Under the pieces are notes generated by a model, which was not told the DNA's origin, did no database searches, and was given only the letters and a program-made list of their open reading frames with translations. From assembly GCA_002269645.1 (NCBI GenBank), contig NIVC01002503.1, positions 1 to 64,000 on the forward strand: a stretch of DNA of 64,000 bases, given 5' to 3'. This document shows, one piece after another, positions 22,801-33,500 of this stretch. Source of the stretch: Macrostomum lignano. Lineage: Eukaryota. The position numbers and the translations under genes were made by a program. Position 1 is the stretch's first letter; the number at the start of each line of letters is the position of its first letter.

Positions 22801-25800
22801 CTAATCAGTCATAGACAACTACCTAATCAGTCATAGACAACTACCTAATCAGTCATAGACAACTAAGCTCAAGCACAGAAGAAGCCGTCCTTGCAAAAGT
22901 TCTCCAACAGTAGCGCACTAAACGACAAGTTCTACATGGCAGCGCTGGTCCTACATGGCTCTACAATCTCCCTCTCTAGCTCTCACTAGTCTCTCTGTCA
23001 GCCAGTCTCACCGAGAATCTGCCAGGCTGAGCAGCCATGACTCGAATCAGGATGTCAACCGGTTGAACTCCGCACGGCAGCGGCGTCAACTCGCGCTGAT
23101 TGTAGCCGGGAAACTGGCACAGCTGCAAGAAGATGGAAGAAACAAGGACTAATAACGGGCGTGAGTTACACAACAGATGCTATTGATCTGAGAAAATTCC
23201 GGAATATTAATTTTGCCGCTACAGAGGATCGAACTCGCGACCTTCTGCGCGACGTTCGGACGCCTTCAGGTCCGGCCTCTCCCAACCCCGCTTATGAAGA
23301 GATAATTAAGAGCATTATAAAATGAGAGATAGTAGGAGATAAAAAAGTAAAATTCGCACCTCAACAAATTGTGGCCTGTCATTTTGTGCGCCTTTTGGCG
23401 ACGAGTAGAAATTCGATGTCTTCTTTTGCATTGAGATCTTCTCAATCTTTTTCACTCGTTCAGAGTTGGGCAGGCCGAAGTCTGGAATAATTGGGTAAGA
23501 ATTTTATGTTGCTATACGTATAGCTAACGTTTTCTAGTTTTTTTGCAGTTATCCTGTTAAAAAGTTACTCCATTTCAAACACTCTACTATGAGTAGGCAA
23601 CACGAGAATACGAGTATGTTAACTATAATTTATCTGCTTTATTGAAAAACTGAAATAAACCTTGAGCTAGTTGTTTAGAAAGCACTCGTCAAACAGTTGA
23701 AGGTCAAACGTTTTTTAGGAGTTTGAATCGTTATGATGAGTAGGAAACAAACAAAACAAGCCAACAAACAAGGATCTCACTGGTTCCGAAGGAATAAACA
23801 CCAGCAAATTTGGTTTTCTCAAGCATCTGCTGGTCTGTTGAATTTTTTAATGAGAAATAATAATAAAATACAAATTGGCGCATCCCTTAAGCATAAAACA
23901 CTGAAAATAGCTACGCACATCGAACACTAATTCAGCTACTGTTAGTAGGCAAGTAACAAGTGGTAGGGATTTAATAAACTTCTTAATAATAAAATCTAAG
24001 AATACTAAATAATTATCTTAAGCTAAAAGAAAGCAAATTGCTTACCAAAACTGAACTGAGGAGTGGAGTCTGTGTAAATTTTCTGGTTGGCTTAAATCCA
24101 AATTTATAAAGCATAAAGTAAAGTTAAGGGTCTTTGTAGCACTAGAGATCACAAAAAAGCGATGGTTCTTTGTAGCACCAGAGATTGATCCAAAGTATGA
24201 CCTAAGGTCTTTGTAGCACCAAAGATTGATCCAAAGGATGAGGGGTCTTTGTAGCACCAAAGATTGATCCAAAGGATGAGGGCTCTTTGTAGCACCAGAT
24301 ATTGATCCAAAGTATGAGCTGGGGTCTTTGTAGCACCAAAGATTGATCCAAAGGATGAGGGGTCTTTGTAGCACCAGATATTGATCCAAAGTATGAGCTG
24401 GGGTCTTTGTAGCACCAAAGATTGATCCAAAGGATGAGGGGTCTTTGTAGCACTAAAGATTGATCCAAAGGATGAGGGCTCTTTGTAGCACCAGATATTG
24501 ATCCAAAGTATGAGCTGGGGTCTTTGTAGCACCAAAGATTGATCCAAAGGATGAGGGGTCTTTGTAGCACCAGATATTGATCCAAAGTATGAGCTGGGGT
24601 CTTTGTAGCACCAAAGATTGATCCAAAGGATGAGGGGTCTTTGTAGCACTAAAGATTGATCCAAAGGATGAGGGCTCTTTGTAGCACCAGATGTTGATCC
24701 AAAGAATGAGGTCTTTGTAGCACCAGATATTGATCCAAAGGATGAGGGGTCTTTGTAGCACCAGATATTGATCCAAAGTATGAGGGGTCTTTGTAGCACC
24801 AAAGATTGATCCAAAGAATGAGGTCTTTGTAGCACCAGATATTGATCCAAAGTATGAGGTGTCTTTGTAGCACCAGAGATTGCACAGTGTCTGTAGTCCA
24901 ACATTGGCACTTACCAGTAACAATGTCTTTAACGCTCATATTTGCTCGCACATCAATGTCATCCACAAAGAGGCTCTCCTTAGAAACATCGTCCGGTGTG
25001 AACTCTTTTAACTTCCGGTCGAGCTTGCCAATTCTTTGGCTGATAAGCTCAACTGAGCCAATTTGAAATGCTAAAATTCGATTATGAGTAGGAGACCGGA
25101 TGACTATTAAAGTAAGGATGCATAAATTATACACCTGCATCTCTCATTTACTCCCTGGATCTCTCATTCACTCCCTGCATCTCTCATTCACTCCCTGCAT
25201 CTCTCATTCACTCTCTGCATCTCTCATTCACTCACTGCATCTCTCTTTCCCTCTCTGCATCTCTCATTTACTCCCTGGATCTCTCATTCACTCCCTGCAT
25301 CTCTCATTCACTCTCTGCATCTCTCATTCACTTCCTGGATCTCTCATTCACTCCCTGCATCTCTCATTCACTCCCTGCATCTCTCATTCACTCTCTGCAT
25401 CTCTCATTCACTTCCTGGATCTCTCATTCACTCCCTGCATCTCTCATTCACTCCCTGCATCTCTCATTCACTCCTGCATCTCTCATTCACTTCCTGGATC
25501 TCTCATTCACTCCCTGCATCTCTCATTCACTTCCTGGATCTCTCATCATTCAATCCCTGTATCCCTCGTCATTTCCTGTAAATATCCATCACTCATGAAA
25601 TCAGTCGATGCACAATACAAATTTCAAAATTTCCAACTCTAATCACTATATGGTCTCTACCCAGAGAAAATAGTAAGTCACTCACGCGATCGAGTCTGGC
25701 TTTGCTTCTCATACTCAGCCACGATTTTCTTATGCGTGTCCTGATCCAAGGGCACCTCGGTGTCGAAGTGCAGCATTGGCGAGCCGTTCCGATTCAAGTA

Positions 25801-25806
25801 GTTCAT
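16845..25806 (-). CDS. FAM227: FAM227-family (FWWh-domain) protein, 11 exons, ~584 aa: 25806-25686, 25070-24915, 24090-24046, 23481-23360, 23122-23012, 22051-21842, 21169-20935, 20193-20146, 18369-18140, 17754-17480, 17046-16845
   Basis: The spliced translation gives [67 protein letters not shown]...W..W and [19 protein letters not shown], recognised from memory as FAM227A/B conserved blocks. All 10 GT-AG introns are phase-compatible. Confidence 0.85.
17140..17430. repeat. Intronic minisatellite, ~20-bp ATACAGTAAGAAACAG subunits in a ~61-bp higher-order unit
   Basis: Direct reading. It lies in the last FAM227 intron. Confidence 0.85.
18390..19740. repeat. 45-bp minisatellite (~30 copies) GGATTGCTAATCTAGCCAACATCATGAAGGATGAAGGAATAGAAT
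   Basis: Direct reading. It is intronic and ends ~20 nt from the acceptor at 18370. Confidence 0.97.
20267..20686. mobile_element. MITE-like non-autonomous element (~420 bp), TIR ACTAGATGGGCCACTCAG, probable TA target duplication
   Basis: Perfect inverted repeat 20263-20284 / 20669-20690. A second, inverted copy lies at 56153-56569. Confidence 0.8.
21195..21790. repeat. Intronic minisatellite built on a CTGTTAGAC core (18-22 bp variants)
   Basis: Direct reading. Confidence 0.88.
22144..22509 (+). mobile_element. tRNA-derived SINE, copy 1
   Basis: A-box-like TAGCCCAGTGG, B-box-like GGCTCGATTCC and an A-rich 3' end. Colinear with the copy at 37609-37968. Confidence 0.85.
22598..22865. repeat. 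22-bp minisatellite ACCTAATCAGTCATAGACAACT (~12 copies)
   Basis: Direct reading. Confidence 0.95.
23213..23270 (-). other. tRNA/SINE-like fragment (T-arm/B-box GGTCGCGAGTTCGATCCTC)
   Basis: B-box/T-loop motif on the minus strand. No complete cloverleaf found. Confidence 0.35.
24128..24880. repeat. 38-42-bp minisatellite (TCTTTGTAGCACCAAAGATTGATCCAAAGGATGAGGGG)
   Basis: Direct reading. It fills FAM227 intron 2. Confidence 0.93.
25134..25545. repeat. 20-bp pyrimidine-rich minisatellite CTGCATCTCTCATTCACTCC
   Basis: Direct reading. It lies in FAM227 intron 1. Confidence 0.93.
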
Positions 25807-25845
25807 TGCGCCGGCATGCAAGTGTTTGTGTACTGGTACTATAGA

Positions 25846-25847
<2 letters not shown>

Positions 25848-25902
<55 letters not shown>

Positions 25903-26094
25903 CCTATCTATCTATCTATCTATCTACCTATCTACCTATCTATCTATCTATCTATCTACCTATCTATCTATCTACCTATCTACCTATCTATCTATCTATC
26001 TATCTACCTATCTATCTATCTACCTATCTACCTATCTATCTATCTATCTACCTATCTATCTATCTATCTATCTACCTATCTACCTATCTATCTG

Positions 26095-26133
<39 letters not shown>

Positions 26134-26198
26134 GTCTATCTATCAATCTATCTATCTATCTATCTATCTATCGGTCTATCTATCTATCTATCTGTCTG

Positions 26199-26238
<40 letters not shown>

Positions 26239-26328
26239 ATCATCTACATATACATGAAAATACCTATATTAAGTATATTAGACATAAGGTATTTCGGTAG
26301 GCAGACAGACAAGCACACAGAGAGGCAC

Positions 26329-26420
<92 letters not shown>
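25848..26420. repeat. (TATC)n tract 25848-26235 followed by (GACA)n tract 26303-26420
   Basis: Direct reading. Confidence 0.95.
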
Positions 26421-26422
<2 letters not shown>

Positions 26423-27061
26423 AACATAGCTACTGGCAGAAGACACTCAATATAATTGATTGTCTAGACTATGATAGTTCCTAAATAGAAACAGAAAGAA
26501 TATAGGACTGCAGAAAATCAATTATTTAAAAGCTTCTTGTGCGTTCATAAAATCTGCAGGTCATTTGGTTAATTAAAAAAGTTCAATAGACAGGTAAAAA
26601 AACTGCTAATTTACATCTAGTAATTAAAAAAAAGAGAATAAAATAGAACTTGCCGTAAAGGGAATGCTATGCACTAAACAACTACTCAATAAAATGTACA
26701 AAACAAAGAGCCTAGATTTATTTACTCACAAAAAGTCATTTTTTATTTCTCGCCGATATGTATCGAAAAAGGACTTTACAGAGCGGATCTAGTCATACAG
26801 GAAACTTTAACGCCAATTCAGCAAAAATATCACAAAACCTACTCGGTGAGGAATGAAAAAGTAAAAAATAAAAAGGCCATAATAACGAATAAAAATTGTT
26901 CCAATATTTGGGCGGAACAGCTTGGTTAAAGTTGGAAAAGGCACGGAACTTTCTTTCAGTATTTAAGGCAAGCCAACTATGAATTACTCTGGATGGCTCC
27001 AAAAAACTAGTAGAGAAGCATCAATTTAGGAAAATAACGGCGGTACTTCAAAAAGAAAAAG

Positions 27062-27300
27062 CGACGACACATTAAAGGGAAGTTAGGACAGCTGAGATGG
27101 AATGGAAATCCCGGCGGCACATCAAAGGGAAATTCCGGCGGCACATCAAAGGGAAATTCCGGCGGCACATCAAAGGGAAATTCCGGCGGCACATCAAAGG
27201 GAGATACCGGCGGCACATCAAAGGAAAATTCCAGCGGCACATCATAGGGAGATATCGGCGGCACATCAAAGGGAAATTCCGGCGGCATATCAAAGGGAAA
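27062..27300. repeat. 24-bp minisatellite CGGCGGCACATCAAAGGGAAATTC
   Basis: About 9 copies just downstream of the ERICH2 stop. Confidence 0.9.
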
Positions 27301-27347
27301 ACATATCTCAGATAAGCTACTTCCCACAGTGAATCAAGCAGCCAACA

Positions 27348-27974
27348 TCAAGGATTTCTATTAGAATCGCTGCCCAATCCTTCGTCCTCTTCGGTTCCAG
27401 CTTCTCCATCCTCTTGATCATCGTCATCGTCTTCGTCGTCATCGTCGCTATCATCGCCATCCTCGGTGTCGTCATCGTCGTCATCTTCGTTGCCAGAGCT
27501 CAGCTGATCCAGCAGCAGCCTGTCTGAGATGACGGCTCTGAACTGCAGCGCCTCCAGATTGTTAGGCTCGTACAGCAGAATCATTTCGCATAGTTTTGCC
27601 GCGTTATTAAAATCTTTAGTCATAACGCATTCGACGAATTCCATTAGCAGTTCGTTGGGAGCCTCCCGGCGTGGCGTCGCTGGACCTGCGGCGGAAGCGC
27701 CGGTCGCTGCTGACGTCTGTCTGGCGCTGCCGATGCCGCTGTCAAGTCCGCTGCTGCGAGACGTTGACGAGGCCGAGGCAGGCGAGGCGGCGGGCTGAGA
27801 TGCCTGTTGACGCCGTCTGGACGCCGCGGCAGCTGGCGACACGGTGGACGGCGCAGAGCCAGCTGGCCGTTGAGAGATTGACAGCAGAGGCGATGCGGTC
27901 GGAGCCAGCTGCGGCTGCCGCTTCTGTGGAGACAAGCCGCTGCCGCCTCTTCCGCCGCGTGGAGCTGTTGCCAT
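27348..27974 (-). CDS. ERICH2: Glutamate-rich protein 2 homologue, single coding exon, 208 aa
   Basis: APNELLMEFVECVMTKDFNNAAKLCEMILLYEPNNLEALQF matches the remembered ERICH2 core (APLELMAEFL...AKKLCQMILIYEPEN.EA.EF), followed by an acidic tail. The start was chosen at MATAP. Confidence 0.8.
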   Translation of the reverse strand: MATAPRGGRGGSGLSPQKRQPQLAPTASPLLSISQRPAGSAPSTVSPAAAASRRRQQASQPAASPASASSTSRSSGLDSGIGSARQTSAATGASAAGPATPRREAPNELLMEFVECVMTKDFNNAAKLCEMILLYEPNNLEALQFRAVISDRLLLDQLSSGNEDDDDDDTEDGDDSDDDDEDDDDDQEDGEAGTEEDEGLGSDSNRNP

Positions 27975-27980
27975 GATGAC
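27967..27980. promoter_or_regulatory. Candidate RFX X-box GTTGCCATGATGAC overlapping the ERICH2 start codon
   Basis: Matches the GYTRYY-N2-RRHRAC consensus exactly. Function untested. Confidence 0.45.
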
Positions 27981-28119
27981 AGATTGACTCATGAAAAGCA
28001 AAACAAAAATCAACTTGGAAATTTTAGATTAGTCACCTAAGTCACTTTAGTCACTTCACTAAAGCGAAACTTCCCCAGCAACAGTGCACTATCGAATATC
28101 CGATCGCAGTTCTAACAGG

Positions 28120-28510
28120 GCAAAGGGAGATGGGAGTGGAGGGAAGAGGGGAGGTGGAAGGGAGATGGAGGGGAGAGGGGAGATGGAGAGGGAGGAGGGG
28201 AGATGGAGGAGAGAGGGGAGATGGAAGGGAGATGGAGAGAAGGGAGATGGAGGAGAGATTGAGAGAAGGGAGATCAAGTGATAGAGAAGAAAAGGGAGAT
28301 GAAGGGGAGAGGGGAGATGGAAGAGAGAGGGAGATGGAGGGGAGAAAGGAGATTGAAAATAGATGGAGGGGAGAGAGGAGATGGAGGGGAGAGAGGAGAT
28401 GGAGGGGAGAGAGGAGATGGAGGGGAGAGAGGAGATGGAGGGGAGATGGAGAGTAGGGAGATAGAGGGGAGAGTGGGGAAGGGAAGATGAGAGATAGAGA
28501 GAGGGAGAAG
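28120..28510. repeat. Polypurine GA-rich low-complexity tract
   Basis: Direct reading. Confidence 0.9.
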
Positions 28511-29914
28511 TAAGAGAGGCGAAGCACGCGAGCGAGGACACAAGATACTCGTCCAGACGCTACACGCAAGTAGTCCTAGCTGGGCAAATGCTTCAAGACT
28601 TAAACAAACAATTTAAACAAAAAAAATGGACACAGACAGACTTTCTGCGACACAAAAAGCGGGCACACACTGGGACGAGAGAAAAGCACACGGGCTGATG
28701 GTGTGTGCAGACATATATATATATATATTTAATAATATAAATATCGAGCATAAAAACACTGAAAAAAATAAATAAAACTTATCAGTTTCGACAATAATAA
28801 TAATGTTATACCAACCCAAAAAATCTAATTAACTATGCTGTTGATGTTGTAAGATAAGCCTATTGAATAATAGCATTTCATTGTACATATTAAAACTAAA
28901 TATAACTTTGCTAAGACAATTCAGGTGTTTTAATCGGTCATTGTTTAAAAATAAACAAGAACAGGGAAGAGCCGCAATAAGAGACGTCAAAATAATATTA
29001 GCAGTGATAATAAAATAATAATAATACAGGTCAATAAGCCACGGACAAAACCGACAAACAATAAAAACGCAAGTACATTTGGAACTTCTATATAGGAAAA
29101 ATAGTTGGTCAAGAAAGCGCTGAAAAAGATTATAACAAATATAAAGACAGATTAAACATATAGGAAGATTTGCAATAGAGCGCTTACGGATTTTTTTTCA
29201 CTGAGTTTAGTAAAACAAAAAAAACAACACAAATCAATTATAACAAAGCATTTAAACAAAAATTGAATAATTTTTTAAATCAAGCACGGGAAATCCGTGG
29301 CCGATAGAAACTTTAAACAAAAAACAACAAACAAATCTATAAGACTTAAAACTTTTATTAATTAAAACAAAAATAAAATTTAAAATAAATTCGAATGGAA
29401 TATAATTTACGCTCCGTCACATTAAGTCCGTCTGCCTGACAGAAAAATGAAACAGACTTATCAAAACGTCACGGATATCCTGCCAATAAGAATTAAATTA
29501 AACGATAACGATTCACCTCATCATACCTGACAAGCAGGTAATAATATTTAATACTCCATAGAAAGTAATGCGATAACCCGCCTACATAATGTTTATATTG
29601 ATTGCTCGCGACAACGCAAATACTTATTTACTCTAATAATAATTCTTAAAGTTGATTTAAATAGTCAACGCGCAATGCAAAATGAAGTATCAATGTAGGT
29701 CAAAATTCTTCAAGAGAAAATTCTAAAATCCAGGAGCGCAGGAGTAGTCGTTTGAGAATAGAAAATAATAAATTAATTATCGATGTAACGAGTGCACACT
29801 GTCCACAGAGTGATGACCTGTGCGTGATATTGACAAATACTTTTAAGAAAAATCTCATCCTTTACAAGACACTTATGGTATCAAATCCCTCTTGAAAGGA
29901 CCTGCTTATTTCAA

Positions 29915-30355
29915 CAAAATCTCACCCTTCAAAACAGCCGTTTGACTACAAAATCTCACAGTTCAAAACATGTTTCACTGAAAATCTCACCCTTCAAAAC
30001 ATCAGCTTGAATACAAAATCTCACCCTTCAAAACAGCCGTCTGACTACAAAATCTCACCCTTCAAAACAGCCGTTTGACTACAAAATCTCACAGTTTAAA
30101 ACATGTATTTCACTAAAAGTCTCACCTTTCAAAACATCAGCTTGAATACAAAATCTCCCACTTTAAAATGTCTGTTTAACTACAAAAACTCACCCTTCAA
30201 AACATCTGATTGACAGCAAAATCTTACCCTTCAAAATATCAGTTTGACTACAAAATCTCACCCTTCAAAACAGCGGTTTGACGGCAAAATCTCACCCTTC
30301 AGAACAGCTGTTTGACAGCAAAATCTCACCCTTCAGAACACAGCTGTTTGACAGC
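29915..30355. repeat. Degenerate ~33-bp minisatellite (CAAAATCTCACCCTTCAAAACAGCCGTTTGACTA)
   Basis: About 13 diverged copies downstream of the SLC15 stop. Confidence 0.8.
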
Positions 30356-30563
30356 AATCTCTCCCCATGTAAAGCACAGGCAGGCATCACAAAGGACAGT
30401 TGCTACCAGAGGAGTTAAGTACACAGTTATAATGATGAGGTACGCACAAGGGGCGGAGATGAAAAAAACTGACTGACAACAAAAAATATAATGAAAAAAT
30501 CTTCAGTCTTAAGACGCATTTTCAGCAGCTTAATTTACGCTTACAAAATAAGCTGTCATCCCC

Positions 30564-33500
30564 TTAGTCTTCGGCAGTGTATCCGCTGTTAACGTTGCTC
30601 TTATCATCTTGCTCGGTTAATGGGGCCGGTTTAGAAGTTGGCGGCACCATTGGCAGCTCACTGTCGGGGTCCGCACTGAATGGCTGATAGCGCATGGCCA
30701 ATAGGATGAAGACAAACACGTTCAGCAGCATTAGCAGGGCGAACATCAGGAACTCGTAGCTCTGATAGGGTATAATTCTAACCTCGCTTACAACCATAAC
30801 AACCACGTTGCCAATAGCAACGCACATTAGCCAGAGCGCTTGGACAAGAGATTTCATGGAGGCTGGCGCTTCAGCATAGGAGAGAGCCAGGCCGGAGATG
30901 GAGAAGAGCACTTCAGCGATTGAGATTAGCACGTACTGCGGCACCTGCCACATCATTGAGACGGAATTAGCTCGGACCTCTTCGATTAGGAAGGAGCGAA
31001 TTTTACCGTCAGAGTCTTCGTAGAGAACCAGAGAGATAATCTGGCCGTCTGCGGGCGGGGGCGGGCGGCTGCGCGATAGTTAATGCGCTACGAGCGTAAT
31101 TAGGGGAGATGGGAATCAGGTACAGATCGAAGGGACCGCGAGGAGTTAGGGAAAACAAAAGCGGAAAGAGAGTGGGAGAGAGCGGACAGAGTGGGAGAGA
31201 GCGGAGAGTGGGAGAGAGCGGACAGAGTGGGAGAGAGCGGAGAGTGGGAGAGAGCGGACAGAGTGGGAGAGAGCGGAGAGTGGGAGAGAGCGGACAGAGT
31301 GGAAGAGAGCGGACGGAGTGGGAGAGAGCGGACAGAGTGGAAGAGAGCGGACAGAGTGGGAGAGAGCGGACAGAGTGGGAGAGAGCGGACAGAGTGGGAG
31401 AGAGCGGAAAGAGTGGGAGAGAGCGGGGAGAGTGAGAGAGTGGAAGAGCGGAGAGTGGGAGAGAGCGGACAGAGCGGGGGAGAGCGGACAGAGCGGGGGA
31501 GAGAGCGGACAGAGTGGGAGAGAGAGTGGAAGAGCGGAGAGGTGAGAGTAGAAACGGAAAGACCAGACCAAGTCAAACTGTAACAATCCAACAATAAAGC
31601 ATGAAATCTTTAATGAACTTGTCAAACAGAAAATTGCAAACATTTCTAAATTCCAAAATACCAGTGCCAAAGTGGAACCCTGACAGTATGCATGTGAAAT
31701 TGCATATACTAGTAAAATTATGAATTTCCGCTGTCAAAAAGTTACAAGCCACGCCCAAACTGCCTCTCTTAGCATCTCTCACTCAGCCTAGATTATTTAC
31801 ACACACACACACACACACACTCTCACACACTGTTGAGATACCCCTGAACACGCTATTCTCATTGCTCGTGCTCAGCTGCCATACATATAGTATTTAAGAA
31901 TTTTCTGTGTACATTATTATTATAATGTTTTATAGCTAAATTTAACCCATGGTCAACAATAGCACTGGTTTGGTCAGGCTTCAAATGTATGAACTATTTT
32001 ATTTCAAAAAAACTATTAACAAGAATGGTTTCGTAATAAAAAAGTTTGCTAATAATTTAGTTAAAGCTCGAGCATCCTTTTTAAAGGACTATATAGAACT
32101 ATTGTAGCGTCGAAAATTGATGTTAAACACTTCTCTTGACGGGCTGTCTATAATGAAATAGTTTATGGTACACTAGTCTATCGTACAATAGTCTATGGTA
32201 CGATAGTCTATGGTACAATAGTCTATCGTACAATAGTCTATGGTACGATAGTCTATGGTACGATAGTCTATGGTACAATAGTCTATGGTACGATAGTCTA
32301 TGGTACGATAGTCTATGGTACGATAGTCTATGGTACGATAGTCTATGGTACGATAGTCTATGGTACGATAGTCTATGGTACAAATAGTTTGTTACAATAG
32401 TCTATGGTTAAAAATTCTATTTCATTTTATTTTTTTACCCTATCTAAAGCGAGTTTGCTTCTTTGCCAGACTAATAAAAAATTGACCAAGCCCTGTATCA
32501 ACTTTCTATTCTGGTTTAGTATGCCTAAAAATTCCAAAAAATGTAAGAAATCTGAAAGAAACTTCTTCCATACTTTCTGGAAGTATCTCGGAAGCGGACA
32601 ACATTGCCTTCTTATTTTTTCTAACATTTTTAATATCCGCTTAGGATCGCGTGCGAGATTAACTGGGGTTGGGGGTAAACTCACTCAGATTTCCTAGGGG
32701 ACCGCCTATAGGGTATATCTTGTGAAAAAGTATATTCCAATTTCAAGGTTAACTCTCTTTCGATCCAATCCCAACATTCTTATCGCCAGGAAGCAGGCTG
32801 GGTCGCTTTTAATCTGCTGTCAGCTCAACTCAAGCAGTTAAAATCTTTGTTGTGAAAATGTAATTTAAAAATTCGTGATTTTAAGAAGCTATTTTTTACC
32901 TATTCTATGGCCAAGATATTTCCACTCATCATTAGTCTATGGCCAAGATATCTCCGCTCACCATTAGTCTATGGCCAAGATATCTCCACTCATCATTAGT
33001 CTATGGCCAAGATATCTCCACTCATCATTAGTCTATGGCCAAGATATCTCCACTCATCATTAGTCTATGGCCAAGATATCTCCACTCATCATTAGTCTAT
33101 GGCCAAGATATCTCCACTCACCATTAGTCTATGGCCAAGATATCTCCACTCATCATTAGTCTATGGCCAAGATATCTCCACTCATCATTAGTCTATGGCC
33201 AAGATATCTCCACTCACCATTAGTCTATGGCCAAGATATCTCCACTCATCATTAGTCTATGGCCAAGATATCTCCACTCATCATTAGTCTATGACCAAGA
33301 TATTTCCACTCATCATTAGTCTATGGCCAAGATATCTCCACTCATCATTAGTCTATGGCCAAGATATTTCCACTCACCATTAGTCTATGGCCAAGATATT
33401 TCCACTCACCATTAGTCTATGGCCAAGATATCTCCACTCATCATTAGTCTATGGCCAAGATATCTCCACTCACCATTAGTCTATGGCCAAGATATCTCCA

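Noticed and set aside
23213-23270. Functional tRNA gene
   Set aside because: Only a T-arm/B-box is visible, with no acceptor stem or D-arm.
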